This document shows, piece by piece, positions 62,891 to 64,000 of a stretch of 64,000 nucleotides of DNA. The position numbers were made by a program, and so were the translations under genes. Numbering within the stretch: the stretch's first letter is position 1; the number at the start of each line of letters is the position of its first letter. The stretch spans positions 4,640,001 through 4,704,000 of the forward strand of contig CAVTTN010000002.1 of NCBI GenBank assembly GCA_963737655.1, in the 5' to 3' direction. The notes beneath the pieces are model-generated. The model did no database searches and was not told the DNA's origin. It saw only the letters and a program-made list of their open reading frames with translations. The DNA comes from an uncultured Planctomycetota bacterium (GTDB lineage: Bacteria; Planctomycetota; Planctomycetia; Isosphaerales; Isosphaeraceae).

Positions 62891-64000
62891 ATGACGGGAC
62901 GTCGTCGGATCAGGGCCTGGATCGTCGCGGCGGGGGTCCTGGGGATCGCCGGGGTCGGGTTCCTCGGGTTCAAGAGCCTGGGGGGTCGCCGGGGCAAGCC
63001 CGGCGCCTCCGGGGCGACGGCCGAGGCGCCTGCCGAGAAGGCGCAGGGCCTTCGGGGGCTGGCGTCCTCCGTGGTTCGGGGCGACGGGCTCGCCCTGGCC
63101 ACCTTGAAGGCCCGGATCGAGGCCGACGCCAAGGCCGGCAACGCCCAGGCGTTGAAGCCCGACGAGGCCGCCGACTGGTGCGCCGTGATCGCGGGCCTGC
63201 GTTCCGGGTTCCCGCGATTCTCGCCCTATGGCCGGGCTTCGGCCCTGGGCGTGGTTTCGGCGATCCTGGAGAAGTTCCGGATCTCGCCCGCCCCGGTCGT
63301 CTGGAGGAACGAGCTCCTCGGGCCGTCGGCCGACCTGCTCGGGTCGGCCCTGGCCGATCAGTCCCCCTCGGTCCGCATCGCCGCGATGGCGGCCCTCAAG
63401 GACCTCTGGAACTGGACCCCCGGCTACGAGCTGAACAAGTCCGACCTCGAACAGATCGGCGCGTGGAAGGAAGGGTTTGGCCCGGGAGTGATCCGCCGGC
63501 TGAGCGACCCCGAGCCCGAGTCCCGGGCCTCGGCCGTGGCCTGCCTCGGCGCCCTGAGGGTCCCCCAGATCGCCGGACCCGCGGTGGCCCTGCTCAAAGA
63601 CAAGGACCCCACCGTCCGCGCCCAGGTCTTGCTGAGCTTCCTGGATCGCCCCCTGATCCTGACCGAGGAGGCGATCCTCCCCTTGCTGAACGACCCGAGC
63701 CCGGTCGTCGCCCCGCTGGCCAAGAGGACGTTGAAGGCCCGAGGGCTCTCCGACGACCTGATCGGCCTGGCGAAGTTCATCGTCCACCCCCGGGCCGACC
63801 TCCGCCTCTCGGCCATCGGCATGCTCAAGGGCCGGACCGACATCGACCCGGTCGTCTGGCTGTCATATCTCTCCAACGACGTCGAGGAAACCATCCGCCA
63901 GAAGGCGATGGAAGCCCTCTCCGCGAACAACGGCCCCGAGGCCCGGACCCGCCTGACCGAAATGGCCCTGGGCGACCCCTCCGCCGCGATCCGCAAGCAG
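62891..64000 (+). CDS. HEAT-repeat protein (partial, runs off window)
   Basis: MTGRRRIRAWIVAAG TM anchor; repeats L.D..P.VR..A (LADQSPSVRIAA, LSDPEPESRASA, LKDKDPTVRAQV). Confidence 0.8.
   Translation, partial: MTGRRRIRAWIVAAGVLGIAGVGFLGFKSLGGRRGKPGASGATAEAPAEKAQGLRGLASSVVRGDGLALATLKARIEADAKAGNAQALKPDEAADWCAVIAGLRSGFPRFSPYGRASALGVVSAILEKFRISPAPVVWRNELLGPSADLLGSALADQSPSVRIAAMAALKDLWNWTPGYELNKSDLEQIGAWKEGFGPGVIRRLSDPEPESRASAVACLGALRVPQIAGPAVALLKDKDPTVRAQVLLSFLDRPLILTEEAILPLLNDPSPVVAPLAKRTLKARGLSDDLIGLAKFIVHPRADLRLSAIGMLKGRTDIDPVVWLSYLSNDVEETIRQKAMEALSANNGPEARTRLTEMALGDPSAAIRKQ

Overview
High-GC DNA, almost certainly from a planctomycete (DUF1559 prepilin-like protein, TIGR02999 ECF sigma factors paired with TPR Ser/Thr kinases, 'LE.R' extracellular-protein motifs, PEP-CTERM). 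Left (1-9.1 kb): a DUF1559/lipoprotein/cytochrome c operon divergent from a Cus/Czc-type heavy-metal RND operon. Middle (9.1-43 kb): two tandem islands integrated at the 3' end of tRNA-Ser(TGA) (42965-43051, minus strand), marked by 64-bp att repeats at 9110, 18942 and 42963. Each island carries an ECF sigma + Ser/Thr kinase + large surface protein module. The younger island also has a satellite-like backbone (tyrosine integrase, XRE, primase, AAA helicase, AlpA-like and HTH genes), an IS66 and a small integrase-less cassette array with three attC sites. Most notable: all three attC sites are hit at the same base. One carries a full IS110 element and two carry 380-bp transposase-free elements that keep a bridge-RNA-like non-coding region; its guide-like motifs match the attC target and co-vary with each element's own end. 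Right (43-64 kb): housekeeping and envelope genes (valS, cimA, UDG, BlaI/M56, AsmA-like, HEAT). Many single-base frameshifts suggest long-read assembly errors.
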